DNA of 63,994 nucleotides, filler included, from Basidiobolus ranarum (taxonomy: Eukaryota), in assembly GCA_040143965.1 (NCBI GenBank). It is 8 parts of 8 records of this genome, joined end to end, with 100 filler letters (N's around TTAATTAATTAA, not from the genome) between each part and the next. Parts side by side here need not be neighbours in the genome. Positions count along the whole stretch, not along the records: positions 24,414 to 32,434 come from JASJQH010007907.1; positions 32,535 to 40,553 come from JASJQH010007908.1; 6 more parts are not named here. One strand, written 5' to 3'. The translations under genes were made by a program, and so were the position numbers. Positions within the stretch are counted from its first letter, which is position 1. The number at the start of each line of letters is the position of its first letter. This document shows, in pieces, positions 24,900-38,200 of the stretch. Under the pieces are notes generated by a model that saw only the letters and a program-made list of their open reading frames with translations, was not told the origin of the DNA and searched no databases.

Positions 24900-27574
24900 T
24901 ATTCCAGCCATAATGAGAATTAAAAAATAGAAGAATCATTTTGTGTTTATTCTCTACCTATGCACATACTTGACTGATTAGACATAAATAACAACATCAA
25001 TATACTTTACCAGCAAATTCACAGTGGAAAAATTGCTAACCATCTGAAATTTAGCATAGCACTGACACTTGGCAAATAGCTAACTCTTGTTACCATTCAC
25101 AACAAGAAGAAGCTCATGTATTTGGGCATACTTCCATTAAGAATTCAGCCAATATATCCCAACTTGCAGTCAACAAATGTCCTGCCACAAATAGATATGT
25201 CATTGCTTGAATAGATTCCCCCATGGCTAAAACAATCATACTTCATATCTTGATCTATCTCACCACAAAGTCTGTCTTGCAGCTTTCCTAAAAATACTGT
25301 CAGATTATCACACTAATAAATTAGTCCAAATTGTAGAGGTACTTACTCTGTGCCCATGGACTGGGCTTTGTTGCTGTTATTCTGCTCAAACAATGTAAAA
25401 AACCACAAGTACATTGAAAAGAGCCCTTTGTTAGAAGGTTAATATAATCAGAGGTCTCCTTAGCCCATTGCATTACATTTATCACTGATTTTGCTGACAC
25501 ATTGTTAATCAGATCAGCATATGGTAATACTGACAATTTCACTGCAGGTGCACTCCATGGGGAACTCCCAGAATGTATGGCAAGTGCCTATAATCTCTTA
25601 GCATTGTGAAAGTTGCTGCACAAAATGTAGTGAATACTGGCACAGACTCAGTCTATCTTTGAACCTATAATAAAGTTTTTCATATCCAGTTACAAAATCT
25701 TTGCACAGTCACTGTATCTGCCTGAGATCTGCCAATGTGAGTTCATGCCATAAGAATATATTAACAATTTTGACAAACAACTCCCATTGTTGCCAATACT
25801 TATCAGGCAGAAATCTTTCAAAATTTCACTTAAATATATACAAATCCAATACTTCCAGTCTTTGCATCTGAATAAATGCCTAGATGAGTAGATATTGATG
25901 GGAGTTCTGGTAAGAAATGATGGTATCTTGATGTATTCAAGCATCTTTCCAATCAATTCAAACTTTGATCCCATCTTGAATGGCTCATTCATATTGAATT
26001 TTTACTATATAGCTGAGGAAGTATTATTGGAATGTTGTTGAATAGAAAGTGCATAGTGCCTAATATGAAGCTCCTGCTCTAGCTCATTCCCATTAGCAAT
26101 ATAATCTTGGGCTTATGGCTAATACCAAGTTTGATGTTAGACTGATTGCTTTGTGAATTGATATCAGTGATCAGGTTGAGCTCTGCCTGGGCTCTTGATG
26201 GTAAAATGATGGAGTTTAGTGTTGTATTTGGATAGTAGTAATGCATATGCCTGATAGAGCAAACTCCATTGATTTGACAAAATCTACAGCAAGATAGTGC
26301 ATTGTGCCTGCAAACACTGCCAAGTCTACCGATAGCTGGAGTGTCACCAATGCAAGCAACAATATTAGCTTTAATGAAATATTCACCCATATCAACACCA
26401 TCATATAACTATTCTAATGCAGCAATCAAAGGCTCCAAGAGGCTATCTATAAGCACTGGTGATTTTGGTCCAGATATCATGTCTAGTATCAAAATATTAT
26501 GACTCTTATACCTTTCAGATGGAGGAAGATTTAAGTTAATTATTGGGTAGCAAGCTGTCCCAACTGTATATTTGTTTAGTGAGAAACCATCCAGAGCCAA
26601 AGTAAATGCTTAATCATACATGTTCTCAAAGAAACCTTGACTTTTCAGAGTCTGGAAGTGATATACATCATGTTTTTTAGTAACACCATCAGCTTTACTG
26701 TGAGTACTTTGGTATTGGATCAATGATCTCTGTTTGTGAGATTTCATCATAACTTTGAGGTGGGGAATCAATGGTATGTGAGCCCAATATGAACAGTATT
26801 TACCTAATTCAGTGAATGCCAGTTGTGTGCAAACAGTAAATGACTTTTAATTTTTCAGATTACTGGTGAATGCTCACCAACCATTTGGACATGAAAGGAG
26901 TTTAATTGCTGAAGGATTATAAGTCATAAAATGGAAAAGTGTTTTTCACTTGTATCAGATTTGGGGCAAGCAACAGTTGCCAATCAACTGTGCTAAAAGT
27001 GTAAGAAAACCAATAAACACCTGGTTGCTAAGATTGGAAAGAACCCTCCACTCCTCAATGTTGAAAGCTGCTTCCTTTACAGTAAGTGTTATGAGGGGAC
27101 TAATGTTTGCCACCTACAAAGAATCCATAACAAAACAGTTTTCTTCATTTTCAACTGGTATCATATTAATCCATAACAAAACCTTTGTCTTCTTCTTCAA
27201 CTTCTGATATACTACCATTGGTACTGGACTAACCAAGGTCAGAATCTAGCAGCAAGTCCTCTATTTTGTCAGGACTTACTGGTTTGACCAAACATGTATT
27301 TCTACTAGCATCATTCTGGTCATATAACTGTGGTAACTACATGGTATCTTGACTTTTGGCATTGTTACCAAAAATTTTTATCAAAGTACAGTCAGTTGAC
27401 TCAATGGGCAAAACTAAAGGTGATTTAGCACACTTTTTACTATTGTTATATGCCAGGCTTTGTGTAGCCTTTACCATGCTTGTGATTATTGTTTCTTTGA
27501 AGCATCCAGTTTTTATAGCACAAGAATTTGTGACAATAATGGCAGGGCTTCTTTAAACATTTGTTTTGTGGCAT
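24900..27574 (-). pseudogene. Tnp2/Transposase_21-like transposase pseudogene
   Basis: LALDGF...CYPIINLNLPPSERYK..NILIL..ISGPKSP..IDSLLEPL, CIGDTPAI..HNALSCCRFC and IPSFLTRTP..FRCKDWKYW motifs. N-terminal CHYC. 3' boundary approximate. Confidence 0.88.
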
Positions 27575-27659
27575 GAGAAGGATATTATGGAAAAAAAAAT
27601 CTCTGATGTAAGGATGGTATTCTAGGTATAGCCCATCAATAACATCAGCTGATTCTGAG

Positions 27660-29530
27660 ATGGTATTACAGATGAGTCATCAGGGGATCTACAAGATATT
27701 CCCAGTAGTGGATGAAAATCTTGTACATTATAAGCTCTTTCTAAGGAGCTTCATTGCACCAAGGTTACCATCTGAAATTTCAATGCCATTCAAAAAGTAT
27801 TCAAAATCTAAATCAAAATTGGCTCCAAGTCACAGCCTGCTGGCACAAAAGGAAAAAAACCAGCAAGAACTGAGGACTTAATTGATGAGCAGTCTAGCAA
27901 TCCACTATCCACTTTGGAAGGCATTAACAGGCCAGAAACTAACTCAAGTAATGCTGCAGCATGAATCATTTTGCCAGGTGTGTTCCTTTCCAGCAATAGT
28001 GCAAGTAAAGAGATTGTTATCCCCCAATTATGTAGCAAATCAATAGTTGAGCAAATTTCAACCAAAATACCATCAAGACCATCAACTTCCAAAATGGCTA
28101 CATTGTGCACTATTGCACAACCCTCCACTGAAAATTTGGATAGAATTATTACAACAAGGTAATAGGAGGCAGAACACCATAACAATTTGTATGCAATCAT
28201 TAATAAAAACTACAAACTTGCTATACAGGCCATGACAAGCAATACTGCTGCAATCTTGCAATTGATGCAACATTTAGAATCAGCTAGTCAACAGTTAGAG
28301 AGTCACTCAACAATGATACAAGTTGTTCAGAATGCTGTACTTGAGCTACAGCAATATGCTGTTCCCTCCATCCATTATCATACCAGATTTCAATCAATCC
28401 CACACCATACATATGGATGTCACCATGACAATATAGCAGAGCAAAATAAGTGTTGCACCATTAAGCCTAAACAAGAATTTGAAATTGCTTGCACACATGA
28501 AAGTAGAAAACTCATAGGAAAACCAGCAAACCAAAAAACTCTGAATGTCAGATCTGCCATCACTTGCTCTGATGATTAGTGGCTTAACATTTTGGAAACT
28601 GTGGCATCTTGCCTGAAAGCACCTTGATTTGAGCCAATCATTAAAAAACTAAAAACTACACGTTACTCTCAAGGTTCTTTACTTATTCTATGTGCTTATC
28701 CTGGGTTTTTAGCAAGCAAATGGCAATTGGGCTATTATTTGCCTATTCATGATACATCTCAAAAATGTACGCAATTATTGACTTGAAAAAGAAAGAAAAA
28801 TAGCTAAAGAAGTACTAAAGTACCAGGAAGTAAGTAAACCCAAGGGAAAAGCAAAGGAGCGAGTGAGTTTAGGCTCTACTGTTGCACTTATCAAATTCTT
28901 CACACCATTAAAAATATATGCATTTCAAGAGTGAGATATACTGGCAAAAAAGCTTAATTTCACCATGGAACCAGGTACACCAGTTGGGAGAGTCCTAAAT
29001 TTGAAAGTTTATCCATTACCTGGCACCTCTCAACAAGCCAAAACACCAGCAAATAAAACTCACATCTCTCCAACCTCAATTGGCACTTTTCAAAGTGTTG
29101 AAATTAGCCACTTACTTAAAGGCAAGCAAAAAGCTTCTCAAACATCACACCCTCAGTAGTTTCACACTACAAGGACAAACAAAGAGAGTCAAAGTGCTTG
29201 AGGAGTATTTTCAATGGTATTAAGGGAAAAATGCAGTGCAAGTATGCAGAAAGTGGCTTCCAATGAAGAACATTCAACTTGACCATCAGTCAGGTGTTGA
29301 CCATGCAGATATCTGGGAAGAACTTAACATAGGGTGGTACAGCATCATGGGGTATTCACCAGATAGCTGGCAGAATATTGATTCTGCAATGTTAATACAA
29401 TGGTGGGCTCTGATGGTGATATTGATACAAACTTGATTTGAATATGAGCCAAGCCTTAAATACTAAGAACTCTATAAAAATATTCTGGAGAATCAATAAA
29501 AGAAACTTGCAATTTGAATGATGACAAATT
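27660..29530 (+). pseudogene. Accessory ORF remnants of the CMC element, including a coiled-coil-like segment and a terminal ORF ending 'PDSW.N.DSA.LIQWWALM'
   Basis: Conserved between element copies: 27600-27960 matches rc 29790-30140, and 29355-29530 matches rc 32260-32434. Confidence 0.5.
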
Positions 29531-29784
29531 AGCATTCAAGTGGTAAATGTGTAAAATTTGAGTTACATTTTTGCAAATGCATTGAACTGTAGTTTACTGA
29601 GATTGAAGCCACTAATGTGTAACTATTTTGCAAGATCTTGAAATTCCACTGCTGAAACTTAAAATACTGATTATAATCAAATCTAACTTGATGAATTAAT
29701 GATGGTAAGTAAACAGTAAATTCCAAATGAATTAAAGTCATGATGGTTTTTCTACAATAACAATCCTTGAATTACTATTAGGGT

Positions 29785-31860
29785 CTTGATCCTTACTTGA
29801 GTTAGCTTCCAGCATATTAATGTCTTCCAAAGTGGATAGTGGATTGCTAAAGTGTTCATCAATTAAGTGCTCAGTTTGTGATGTTTTTTTTCCTTTTATG
29901 CCAGCAGGCTTTTGCTTAGTAGCCAATTTGGATTTTGATTTCAAACATTTTTGGAATGGCATTGAAATTTTCAGATGGTAAACTTGGCATAGTAAATTTG
30001 CTTAAAGCAACTTATGATAAACAAAAATTGCCAGACATTGTCAGAAATATCTTGTTCATCCCCTTATGTTTGATGTGTGACATTGTCTCAGAATCAGCTG
30101 ATGATATTGATGGGCTATATCTAAAATACCACCCTTACACTGGCGGTGTTCTTTTTTTAATAATACTGTTCTCATGCTGCAACACAAACATTGAAAGAAG
30201 CCCTACTATTATTGTCCAAATTCTTGTGCTACAAAGCCTGAGCCTTGATAGAAAAAATAATCACAAGCATAGTCAGTGTACAAAGCCACCAGCTGCACAA
30301 AGCCAGGTGTACATCAACTGCATAAAGAGCACAAAAGCAATTTTAGTTTTGCCCACTGAGTCTGCTAGCTGTGCTTTGACTCAAAGTTTTGGTCACTTTG
30401 CCCAAAGCCAAGATACCATGGAGTTACCACAGCTATATAACCAGAGTGAAGTAGATAGAAATGCAACCTTGGTTGAACTAGTCCAGACAACTTTCAGGAC
30501 AAGCAGCTTGATGTTGACCTTGGTTATTCCAGTACTGATGGTAGTATATAAGAAGTTCAAGAACAAACAACAGTTTTGTTACAGACTCTTTGCTATTGGC
30601 AAGCGTAAGTACCCTCATAACACCTACAATAAAGAAAGCTGCTTTGATTATTGAGGAGTGGAGAGCTCAATCCAATCTGAGCAACCAGATGTTTATTGGT
30701 TTTCTTACACTTTTGCCACAGTTGATTAGCAACTGTTGCTTGCCACAGAACTGGTACAGGTGGAAAACACTGGTCAATCATAAAACTTATGATCCTTCAG
30801 TAATTTAGCTACCTTCATGTCCAAATGGCTGTTTAGCTTTCACTGGTGTTCTGAAAAACCTGAAGTAATGTCCTGTGTGCATACAATTGGCAATCACTGA
30901 AGCAGGTAAATATTGCTCTTATTTGGCTTACATACTGTTGATTTCTCATCTTAAAGTTTTGTTGAAATCATCCCAATATAGATCATTGATCAAATACCAA
31001 AATATTCAACATATAGCTGAGCTAGTACCAATATACTTGATGGATATCACTACCAGAATCCAAAATGTCCAGGTATCATTGAGAACACCTATGATCATGC
31101 ATTTGCATTGGCTCCGGCTGGTCTATTGCTATGCAAATATACTATTGGCAAGGCTTGCAGGCCAAAAGTTTTAATCAACTTGAATCTTCCTTCTCTTGAT
31201 TGATATCAGAGTGATAGTATTTTAATACTAGCCATCACATTGGGACTTAATCAGCAGTGCTCATGGACAGTATCTTGGAGCCTTTAATTTCAGAGTTTAA
31301 GTTATTTTCTAACAGGGTGGAGCAAGGGCTTCCCATTAGGCAATAAGCACTAAGTATATATCAACATTCCTATACTACTTACTAAGCTATACAGTGTAAA
31401 ATTCAATATGTATGAGCCTTTTGACATAGGATCAAATTTTGAATTGATTGGAAAATGCTTTAAAACATTAAGAAAGCATCCTATTTTACCAAGACTCCAA
31501 TCAATATCCAGTAATCTAGGTGTTTATTCAAATGCAAAGACTGGAAGTATTGGATTTGTATATATTCAAGTGGGATCTTGAAAAGATTTCTGCCTGTTAA
31601 GTATTGGCAACATTGGGAGTTGTTGTGGATATTGTTGATATATTCTTATAGCATCAACCCATATTAGCATATTTGAGGCAGACACAGTGACTGTGAGAAG
31701 ATTTTGTAATTGAGTATGCAAAACTTATTACAGGTTAAAGAAGACTGAATCAATGCCAGTATTTAATACATTCCCTGCTGCATCTTTCACAATGCTTACA
31801 GATCATGGGCAATTGCTATACATTCTGCTAGTTCACAATGGAGCACATCTGTGGTGAAAT
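29785..31860 (+). mobile_element. Second, internally deleted and truncated CMC transposon copy, inverted relative to the first
   Basis: SCPNGCLAFTG..LK*CPVC at ~30816-30880 and FKCKDWKYWICIY at ~31530. Nucleotide homology to the reverse complement of ~25540-27960. Confidence 0.85.
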
Positions 31861-32005
31861 GATGCTCTGTATGTAATTTGTTGAATTTAGGTAAATAGCA
31901 ACTCATTAGTTAATAGTTAGTTTCTTCACATTCTGATTATTTAGTACTCAATTCTGTCACTCAAAAACGTGTGCTTATTGCTCTAGTTGATAGAAATATT
32001 AATTA

Positions 32006-32434
32006 CCCTAACAGAAATTTGAGGATTGTTATTGTAGAAGAATCGTCACAATTTTAATCCATTTGGGGTTGACCATTTACTTACCGTCATAAAAACCTCA
32101 AGTTAGATTTGATTTTAATCAATTTTTTCAGTTTCCGGAGTGAAATTTCAAGATCTTGCAAAATAGTTGCAAATGGTTGGCTAAAATGTCAGGAAACTAT
32201 GGATCAACACATGTGTGAGAAACGTAACTCAAATTTTACACAATTACCACTTGAATACTAATTTGTCACCTTTGAAATCCCTAGTCTCCTTGATATATTC
32301 TCCTGAATATTTTTATAGAGTTCTTCATACCCAAGGTTTAGCTCATACCCAACATGGGTTTGTATCAATATCTCCATCAAAGCCCACCATTGTATTAACG
32401 TTGCTGAATCAACATTCTTCCAGCTATCTGGCAG
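32006..32434 (-). mobile_element. Terminus of a third CMC element copy (CCCTAACAGAAAT), running off the contig
   Basis: Aligns with the reverse complement of 29355-29783. Carries an intact ORF end LPDSWKNVDSATLIQWWALMEILIQTHVGYELNLGYEELYKNIQENISRRLGISKVTN*. Confidence 0.8.
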
Positions 32435-32534
32435 NNNNNNNNNNNNNNNNNNNNNNNNNNNNNNNNNNNNNNNNNNNNTTAATTAATTAANNNNNNNNNN
32501 NNNNNNNNNNNNNNNNNNNNNNNNNNNNNNNNNN
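32435..32534. other. Artificial contig spacer
   Basis: N44-TTAATTAATTAA-N44. Confidence 0.98.
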
Positions 32535-34214
32535 ACATTTTGCTGAGAGCCAATAGATCCACTGCTTATTGATATTCCGATAAGGTTGCGACGATGTTAC
32601 AGCAATGCCAAGTTAGAGTTTTCATCTACTTAGGCAGAGTATGCGGTGTACAAATAAGGCAGTGCCAAGATTCAAATCCTGAGTCATTTAGCTTTCTATT
32701 TAGGAACAAACATGTACTTGCCGTTTCTTGTGTTCAAGCACTCCAGGAAACTTTAACTAGGATAGTCTTCTCATAGCCTAAAAGAACTTGCTAGCATTGT
32801 TGGCTTAGCAGTGAGTACTTGATACACATCCCAAGAGAGTCACTCATCGTTTGAGTTGTGTTTTCGAATGTTTCTGATATGCCAGACCCTTCCTGCTCCA
32901 ATGTCAGAAGCACTTGCATCAGGAGCGTCCGCCAACATAGTTAAATCACACCCGGGATAACTAGTTCCCGGGATTCCACCGTCTGCAGTACCTGTGCCTG
33001 GAATAACCTTAAGCCCATCTGACGTGAGGGGCCTTGATTGGATCAAGTGAGCCATCTTTCTGATTAGCGATGAGCTGCGTGTACCCTCATCCATTGCTCA
33101 TCAGGCTATGCAGAGCTCAAATCTTTGATTGATCCAAATTAAAGTACAAAGCAATCATCAATCGCTCATAAATCGTTATCTTGAAACTGGGAAGATCCTA
33201 CCTCTACTACTACCAAACTGGGCAGCTAGGGCATCCTTTAGATTAGCACTAGCCAATGAGATCTATTTTTAGCCTCAATCATAAGAGAGGATTTCCTTTT
33301 GTGCCCTTGCGGTTACACATCTTCACACTAATAGTCGTGGTGTTACTCTAATTACGAATGACTCGAGCTGCTTTATCACGCAGCTGTCCATGATTGATAA
33401 CTATGTATTTCGTACATGCATAGTAGTCTAATTAGAATAAGAACTGATTGTATACAAGGAGTATGGTACTCGTGTTAAGGAATGGGAGAGTGGAGTTATG
33501 CCGCTTAATGGATTTCATTATTAAATCTTGTGCAGCAGAAACGAAACGCTTCTTACGTCTAGGGTCACATACAAAGCGTAGCTTGGCTATTCTGAATACT
33601 GGCTTACTGCAAGATAAAGCACAGGAGTCCCATAATTAAATTCATATATTTCGCGCTAATAATAGTACAATCCATTGATCAAGGTGATGGTTAAATATGG
33701 AAAACCATTATGTAAAGGTGAAGCCTTTTGATTTGGCATTGAAAGGTGTTTTCTGCTGGAATTCCTTGCCTCTCAACCTCCTAACAGAGAGCCACAGAAA
33801 CACGAAACTCTGGCCCAAGCTTCTGGCTAATTAAACCTCTCTGGAGCTCCTCGCAGCAATGTCTAAATATTTTAACATGGTGCTTGCCAAGCTAAAGAAA
33901 CCTCTTTACTTGGTGAATTTCCATTGGTTATCCTACTCTCGGCGAATGTTGATTTCTCTCACTAGACTTTCAGATGTAATTGGCATCAACTATGTGGGTA
34001 CACAGTTTTTCCGGAATGGTGTGCTTCAAACTCGATCGTCAACATAAGGTGAGGGTGAAGGTTTGGGATCAGGATAAACTTACTTCAGGTATAATATACC
34101 TGATACAAGAATTACCCAATAAAGCTATTGCTTTATCATTCAGTTATTGTGTCAGACGTGAATTGTAATACCTATCTCAGCATATGTTAACATTGGACCA
34201 GGAGAACTTAGCTC

Positions 34215-34268
34215 TCCCGCCAATCAACACTCTCTATGATTTCGCATGCTGACAACCTTATAAATAGT
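34215..34268 (+). promoter_or_regulatory. CCAAT box and TATA box upstream of the WOPR gene
   Basis: CCGCCAATCA at ~34217 and TATAAATA at ~34259, 130-180 bp before the ATG. Confidence 0.5.
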
Positions 34269-34396
34269 AGGGTCTGGCTTTCGAAATCACAAATATCTTC
34301 ATCCTTTTGTCTTTTATCAGCTCAACTGTGACAACCTTCAAACACTGTTTGACTTTGTATATTCTCTGCCTACGCTTATACTTCTTAAATTAAACA

Positions 34397-35269
34397 ATGG
34401 AAACCTACTACGGGTATATTGAGTCAGTTCATGATGCTCTTTTGATTTTTGAAGCATGTCGACTAGGCTATCTCCACCGCGTTCAACGTCGGTTAAGTGA
34501 AAAGGAAAGGCATCGAATCCGCTCCGGTTCAGTATTTGTCTGGGAGGAAGAAGAGTCGGGCATGCGTCGTTGGACCGATGGACGCACCTGGTCTCCTTCA
34601 AGAGTTCATGGTAGTTTCCTTACATATCGTGAACTTGACAACAAGCGTAAACCTGGCAAATTAAGCGATACTCCATCTCCTACCCTCTCGTGTAGCGATC
34701 CAGATTTTGATACTCGTTCACACCATTCCGATGATTTCCAATACAAACATAACGGAATGATTAAACAATCGCTCTCTGTTACTACAATCAACAACCGTAA
34801 ACTTCATCTGATTTGTTATTTTAACAAAGAGCATGTGTTTACTGGGGGTCTTAAGTTGCCTTCACAGAATCCATCATTGAGCCATATTGTTGTTCCTAAA
34901 GGCATCTATCCAGACATGTCTAATGAATTGTATACTTCAACTCACGGAGATCAGCGTATGAAGTACCGTGAAGAGCATGTCAAGCTTGATAGATGTCCTC
35001 CTCATTACGGTCGTGCTCCAGAATCTTTTCCCAACCGTACTCCTATCACTACCAACTATGACCGTTATCGACTTCCTAGTCCCGCTAGCTCCGAAACTTC
35101 ACACCGCGAAATTGAATTAGCACCCCTTAGTGGTAGCTCTAATCATTGTGGATCTGTGTATAACTTGCCACCACCCTCTATGCCATATCAGGATGTTCGT
35201 TTGGAACGTCTGCCATTTAGTGAGGATCGCAGACAGTTGGCTGTTCTTACAACAGTCTTTTCTTTGTAA
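34397..35269 (+). CDS. Gti1/Pac2 (WOPR) family transcription factor, Pac2-like
   Basis: METYYGYI...DALLIFEACRLG...RRL...ER..IRSGSVFVWEE.ESGMRRWTDGRTWSPSRV.GSFLTYRE, plus the second WOPR block YK.NG.IKQS.S...KLHLICY. Confidence 0.95.
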   Translation: METYYGYIESVHDALLIFEACRLGYLHRVQRRLSEKERHRIRSGSVFVWEEEESGMRRWTDGRTWSPSRVHGSFLTYRELDNKRKPGKLSDTPSPTLSCSDPDFDTRSHHSDDFQYKHNGMIKQSLSVTTINNRKLHLICYFNKEHVFTGGLKLPSQNPSLSHIVVPKGIYPDMSNELYTSTHGDQRMKYREEHVKLDRCPPHYGRAPESFPNRTPITTNYDRYRLPSPASSETSHREIELAPLSGSSNHCGSVYNLPPPSMPYQDVRLERLPFSEDRRQLAVLTTVFSL

Positions 35270-38200
35270 TTTCATTGCATTCGATGCCTATAAGCAATAC
35301 ATCAGCCTTCTCGGGCATCTGGAGATGTCACGGAAGGTACCATAGATGTAGGATTAATATGGTAGTACCAACATTTGTCGGACTCACCTCAGGGCCTCAA
35401 AAGCATCTGCCCTCATTCCTACACTACTCTTATCATTGCAATTCAACCTAGTACTTGCTTGCAAAAACCTGGGGGAAGCAAAATTCTGATATGTATTTTT
35501 TTGTAAATAAAATTTTCATCATGTTCATCACATACACGCAGCATTAATCCTATAATAGTGCAAAGAAGTCGCGGGATTCAATACGCCATGCCGATAGTCC
35601 TAATCGTGTCGTATAGTCGATCTTGGCAGTTACGAATTATGAGTTGTTTAAGGTAAATTTTGCACAACGTAACGTAATTGGAGGGGTTAAGACATTTACA
35701 CCATCACTATAACTTAAGGTTGAAGAAAGCAGTGCTTCATAGGGTAATGAATAGATGGATAAGGGAATGAACAGGTTATGACAAATACTTTTTAAGAACT
35801 TCCATTTCTCCTTGAAACCGTAGTAATCCCGAAGAACCGGAGGGAACCCATTCGCTCATTTCTATTGTTGTTTTTGTCTATTTTTATTCAATTGTTCCCA
35901 TGCATATCCCATAGGACCAAAAAAATACTCAGCTTTTTTCCATTTACGGTTGATTAAACTTTATTTCTTGTCCGCGCAAAAACGGATTTATGATTGATAG
36001 ATAAGCAAAGCCATTTATTACTTTAATTTGTCAATGTCCTTCTCGGTCAATTAAATTCCCGGCCTTTTCTCCTTCCATATCACCTGATCCATGGATTATT
36101 CAAGGCTGTAATGAAAAAAGAGCATTCTGTGAGACTATTGTACTTCAGTGCAACTCTTGCTAAATCAATCACCTTTCCATCGTTGTAGCACAGTTGGGAA
36201 TGCCTATGCTAATCTTGGAAACAATGGGTTACCTAGAGGATATTTAGGCTACAGTACTATCGATATGTGGGCAGGTTCAGTAATCATCAGAAGCGGAGTA
36301 ACTCCATATGCGGAGCCAGTAAGGCCTTCGAACTAGAATCTCTTCATGAGAAATCTGAAAATAGGGTGAGCGTATGAGGCTTACACTAAATAAGGCTAAA
36401 GAGAGAGAACGTTTTTATACCAACAAGAGTCTATCTAAAAGAGGGAATTAAGTACATGGTGTCTCTTCGTTACACCTCTAACTCTAATTTCTTTTTTGCA
36501 AGGTCTCACTATTGATTAAGCTCATATGATATCGCCAACAAGAATCATATATACTCCTCTCAGTATTAATGACGAAAATGGTCTCCCTGATATAGGCTTT
36601 GCTACGGAAAGTTTCGGCCATTCCTCTGTACCGAATATGTAATCTAAGTGAGAGAAAACCTTAAGGTGATGTGGTAGTACTCTATTCTCAAGGGTAATCT
36701 GGCGGGATGGTTTTTCCGAAAATAATGGTTTAGCCTAGTTGGAGAAACAAGGTTGATTTATATTAAAATAAATCGCTACTATAGCGTGATTAGGATAAGC
36801 ATCAGAGCACTATTCGTCAGTCTGGGAAATCAACGACTATGAGTGCAGATACAACGTTGTAGGTAAATATTTGCGCCAAACAATGCTCATCTAATAATAC
36901 ACAGTAAGCCCCGATGTGTATGGCATAGGTGTAGTAACTGCATATGAGTTTTATAAATAGACCATTTATACATCGATCATTATATAGTACAGAGTGTCAT
37001 TAAAGCGACGAGTTATTCTTGAGCGAAGCCGAGTTGGTGAGATCATTGGAGGGAGAACTTCAGGGCTTATTTCTGGCAAGATCTATAAGGTATAGGTCAC
37101 TGACCATTGCCAATGGTACTGGAGTTATGCCAAAGATAGTGATTACTTTATTATATACCTATTATCGAAAACGGTCTACTGCAAAATACACCCCATCTTG
37201 CTCATCGTTTGGCATTTGTTACTCCCGAAGTTGATAGGCTTTATATTGGAAAGTAATCGATCTATATTCCATTGCTAACCAGCGGATTTTGAAGCAATAT
37301 CGATTCTGAATCGGTAAACTGGTACATCATTAGCACTAAAAATATTGAGTTTCGTTGATTGGGCTTGAGACTGTGTATCCTAGGTCTCAAATTGAGCAAG
37401 TGTAGCATTCTTTTAGACCTGCTATACCGGTTGCTTCTAAGCGACTCATTCTTCAATACTCGTTCGCTGTGCCTATCAGAATCCCTTCCAAGTCAGTTAT
37501 TAGCTAGATTTACAGTGGATGTTCTGGTCGAGCTTTAATTATACATATAGTACAGGTTGGATTCTGAATAGAGGAACTTGAGAATCACAGCAAAGATATC
37601 TGAGATGGTATCACAGCTTCTCAGCTGCCATGCATTTATCGACCCCCTTGCCCATGCAGTTTAAAAATTCAACTGCACATTCGTACCTTCCCAAGACCTT
37701 CCGTCATTTGACCAAGCTCTTTACATAGGTCTATAGCCATTAATATGAACTTGCTGCATTAGCGTGCCATTATTTGACCAGCTCTGCGTTAGTATTAACT
37801 CATTGGATTATGATGGTATTGTCAAATGGATTTCTGCTAAAACATGTGATCATATTTCTGGATATTACCCCATAGTTTGTATCCCATCAAAGTCACTGGA
37901 TTTGCTGGATTCTTGTGATCATTCCCGAAGTTTATTTAATCTGCTCATCATAAAGCAAGTCCAAGATCGATCTATAGTGTAATACAAATTCAGCTAGAGA
38001 TACTTTAGGGGCTGTATCTTTCTGGTGAATATCGCCCCAAATATGTTATCAATATCAATAATAAGTGAAAATATTCACATTCCTGTAGCGTATTTTATTA
38101 AGTCATATTATAGTTATACTAGCTATACTAGCTTTTAGTATCGCAATATTTCACCAACGCTAGCTCTTTGACTGTACTTAATCTAGCCATTAATATATTT

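Larger units (their letters stand above)
24570..29783. mobile_element. Apparently full-length, decayed CMC (CACTA/EnSpm-type) DNA transposon, ~5.2 kb, CCCTA termini
   Basis: Left end CCCTAACAAAAAT; right end reads CCCTAATAGTAAT on the minus strand. Encloses a Tnp2-like transposase on the minus strand and extra plus-strand ORF remnants. Confidence 0.7.

Noticed and set aside
29935..30654. 239-aa ORF as an independent gene
   Set aside because: Lies inside the second decayed transposon copy and merges antisense accessory sequence with the transposase N-terminus.
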